A stretch of DNA of 64,000 bases, from assembly GCF_018977255.1 (NCBI RefSeq), contig NW_024705111.1:1-64000 (forward strand). The letters run 5' to 3'. The DNA comes from Callorhinchus milii (taxonomy: Eukaryota). The position numbers and the translations under genes are program-made. The notes beneath the pieces are model-generated. The model searched no databases and was not told the origin of the DNA. It saw only the letters and a program-made list of their open reading frames with translations. Numbering within the stretch: position 1 is the stretch's first letter; each line of letters starts with the position of its first letter. Shown piece by piece: positions 62,049-64,000 of this stretch.

Positions 62049-62146
62049 GGAGCAGAGAACAGGTCTGGATCAACATGGGGACAGCTCTGGGAGTCCTGGC
62101 CTGTGTTGCAGCAGCTTTCCTCACCTACAAGATGTGTAGTTTGTGA
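62049..62146 (+). CDS. Candidate transmembrane/terminal exon (G)SREQVWINMGTALGVLACVAAAFLTYKMCSL*
   Basis: Pyrimidine tract ctgattctctcattctctccacattgtct then cacag|; phase-1 compatible with the V donor; ~22-aa hydrophobic run, basic stop-transfer K, then stop; non-TE sequence on the V1' strand. Confidence 0.55.
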
Positions 62147-62635
62147 AGAAACAGTCCTGTACATTTGCCTCCATGTTTTACCTGAACTAATCCACACTGA
62201 AGGCGACTTGTCAGACTTTGGGGAAATGAAGATGTGACAAATGTAAGGAGTCTTTTTCCCAAGTTCCACACAGGACCTCCACACGTCATCTGATCAGAGG
62301 CAGTGACACGAGGCACAAAGTCATGTTATCATCAGGGGAACGTGTCAATTTAGAGGAGATATTTTACAGACGGGGTTAGAGTGTGGAATGCCTCGCCCAC
62401 ATGGCTCTTCAAACCAGAATAGTGTTTACTGGGCATTAGATAAAGACAGGAGGAATTATATGCAAGGATTTGAGAAGGTGGAGGTCAATGGGATTGAAGA
62501 GCGGCAGTGGGGAGCGAGCACCAGCACAGACACGACGGGGAGAGAGCAGGGACTCGGATGTGGTTGGACGCAGAGCAAGGGAGAGGGGAGGTGACCACAG
62601 GCTCAGTTGATTATGTGGATCTTAAAGTGGAGACC

Positions 62636-63010
62636 TGTAGCTTAGTGGTTGGAACATTCACCTCGCAAGTGAGAGGACCTGGTTCGATATGTTGGGCAAG
62701 TTTCCTTACTCCACACGCCTCTGTTATAATTAATAAATAAATAAATAATCCTTGCATTTGATATAGCACTCTTCACGTCTTTGAGACGACTCAAAGCCCT
62801 TCACCAAATATACTGTAAAGTGAATTGACTGTATGTTTGTGGGCGAAACACGGCAGCCAATTGTGCACTGCAATGTCCCACAAACGGTCGTGGATTGAAG
62901 TGACCAATTTAATATTGTTTTCTTGAGGGACTATTATCAAGTGTGTGGAGTAAGGAAATTTGCCAAAGATTTTGCTCTGCCGGGAATCGAACCCTGGTCT
63001 CTCGCTTTGT
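62636..63010. mobile_element. Tail-to-tail SINE pieces (head + at ~62636-62725; SINE - at ~62740-63010)
   Basis: tRNA-like head and inverted tail taataatccttgcatttgatatagc. Confidence 0.75.
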
Positions 63011-63179
63011 AAGGGTTGATTTATTTTTGTTACCCTACTGTGAAGTAAGGACTGACAGAATTATTGTACAATTAATCAAGGTTTATTAATTCAGATTAAT
63101 AATAGATATAGTAATTAAAAGAACAAAATGTAATTATGCTCACGTATCCACTTATACTGTAGTTCACAATGATTTAAAT

Positions 63180-64000
63180 TGACCAAACTAAACGCTGCAA
63201 ATGCTGCGGTTCACCGAAACCTGGCTCTCCCCCAGGGACCCCAACCCCCAGTTGAAGCCGCCCCTCCTGGCTACACCTTCCACCACACCCCCCGTCCAAA
63301 CCAATGTGGCGATGGGGTGGCCCTTATCTCCAAAGCCTCCCTTGGTCTTTCCCCCGACTCCTCTGATTGCTTCCCCTCCTTTGAGCACCTCACCTTCTTC
63401 CTCCTTCTCTCCGATTGAAAATCCTCCTGGTCTACAGCCCCCCTAAGCCCCCCGGCTCCTTCCTCTCTACATCTCTACTCTCCTCTCTTCCCTGTCCCTC
63501 TGTTCCGAGCGCCTGCTCATAATGGGCGATTTCAACCTCCACCTAAACTCGTGGCACCACTTCTGCCGACTTCACTGCCCTCCTCTCCTCCCTAAACCTC
63601 ACCCTTCACATTAATTCACCGACCCACAACCGTGGTCATGCCCTCGACCTCATCATCACCCACGGCCTTGACATTTCCGACCTTAGCATAGTGGACAAGG
63701 CCATCTCGGACCACTTTCTCATCTCCTTCTCCTCACATCCCTCTCTCCTCCACTAAGCTCTCAAACATTCTCTACCGCCGATGGAAAAGGCTCCCCCCTA
63801 AGACCCTCTCAAAGGCCCTCTCATCATCAAATATCCTATCCCTCTGGCCTTCCACCTGCGGAGATCCTGAAGCAGCCATCCAGCTGCTCCATGATCGCCT
63901 CTCCTCCACCTTCGACTCCCTCATTCCCCTGAAATCCAGGACCATCTCCAAACCCACCCGAACCCCCCGGTACAACCACCATCTCCAAACCCACCCGATC
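63180..64000 (+). mobile_element. Independent L2 copy (endonuclease region), running off the window
   Basis: FTETWLSP, GDFNLHLN, LDLII; homologous but clearly divergent from 11360-12160. Confidence 0.87.

Overview
Vertebrate genomic DNA, most likely from a cartilaginous fish (inferred from shark-type CR1 tails, a tRNA-Ala/Deu-like SINE and shark-like V domains). It is largely nested CR1 and L2 LINEs, SINEs and minisatellites. The window is a giant inverted repeat: 1-24464 is mirrored by 36165-~59947 around an 11.7 kb spacer. It holds five intact phase-1/phase-1 exons (V1, V2, V3, V2', V1'), each a complete Ig V-set domain with the J-like G strand already joined. None has a flanking RSS, and all share an unusual YxCC-x5-CGxGT motif in place of YxC...FGxGT. 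A candidate transmembrane/terminal exon (62049-62146) lies downstream of the plus-strand copies. No leader or constant-domain exon was found. V1 and V3 differ at 43 of 110 residues with only 3 synonymous-only codons, while their adjoining intron differs at 2 of 213 nt (hand counts), a strong diversifying-selection or exon-conversion signature. V2 sits in a 4.1 kb segment inserted into a CR1 between 33-bp direct repeats. The spacer carries a 4.6 kb G-quadruplex-type satellite derived from a CR1 3' end. TE boundaries are approximate; exon boundaries were read base by base.
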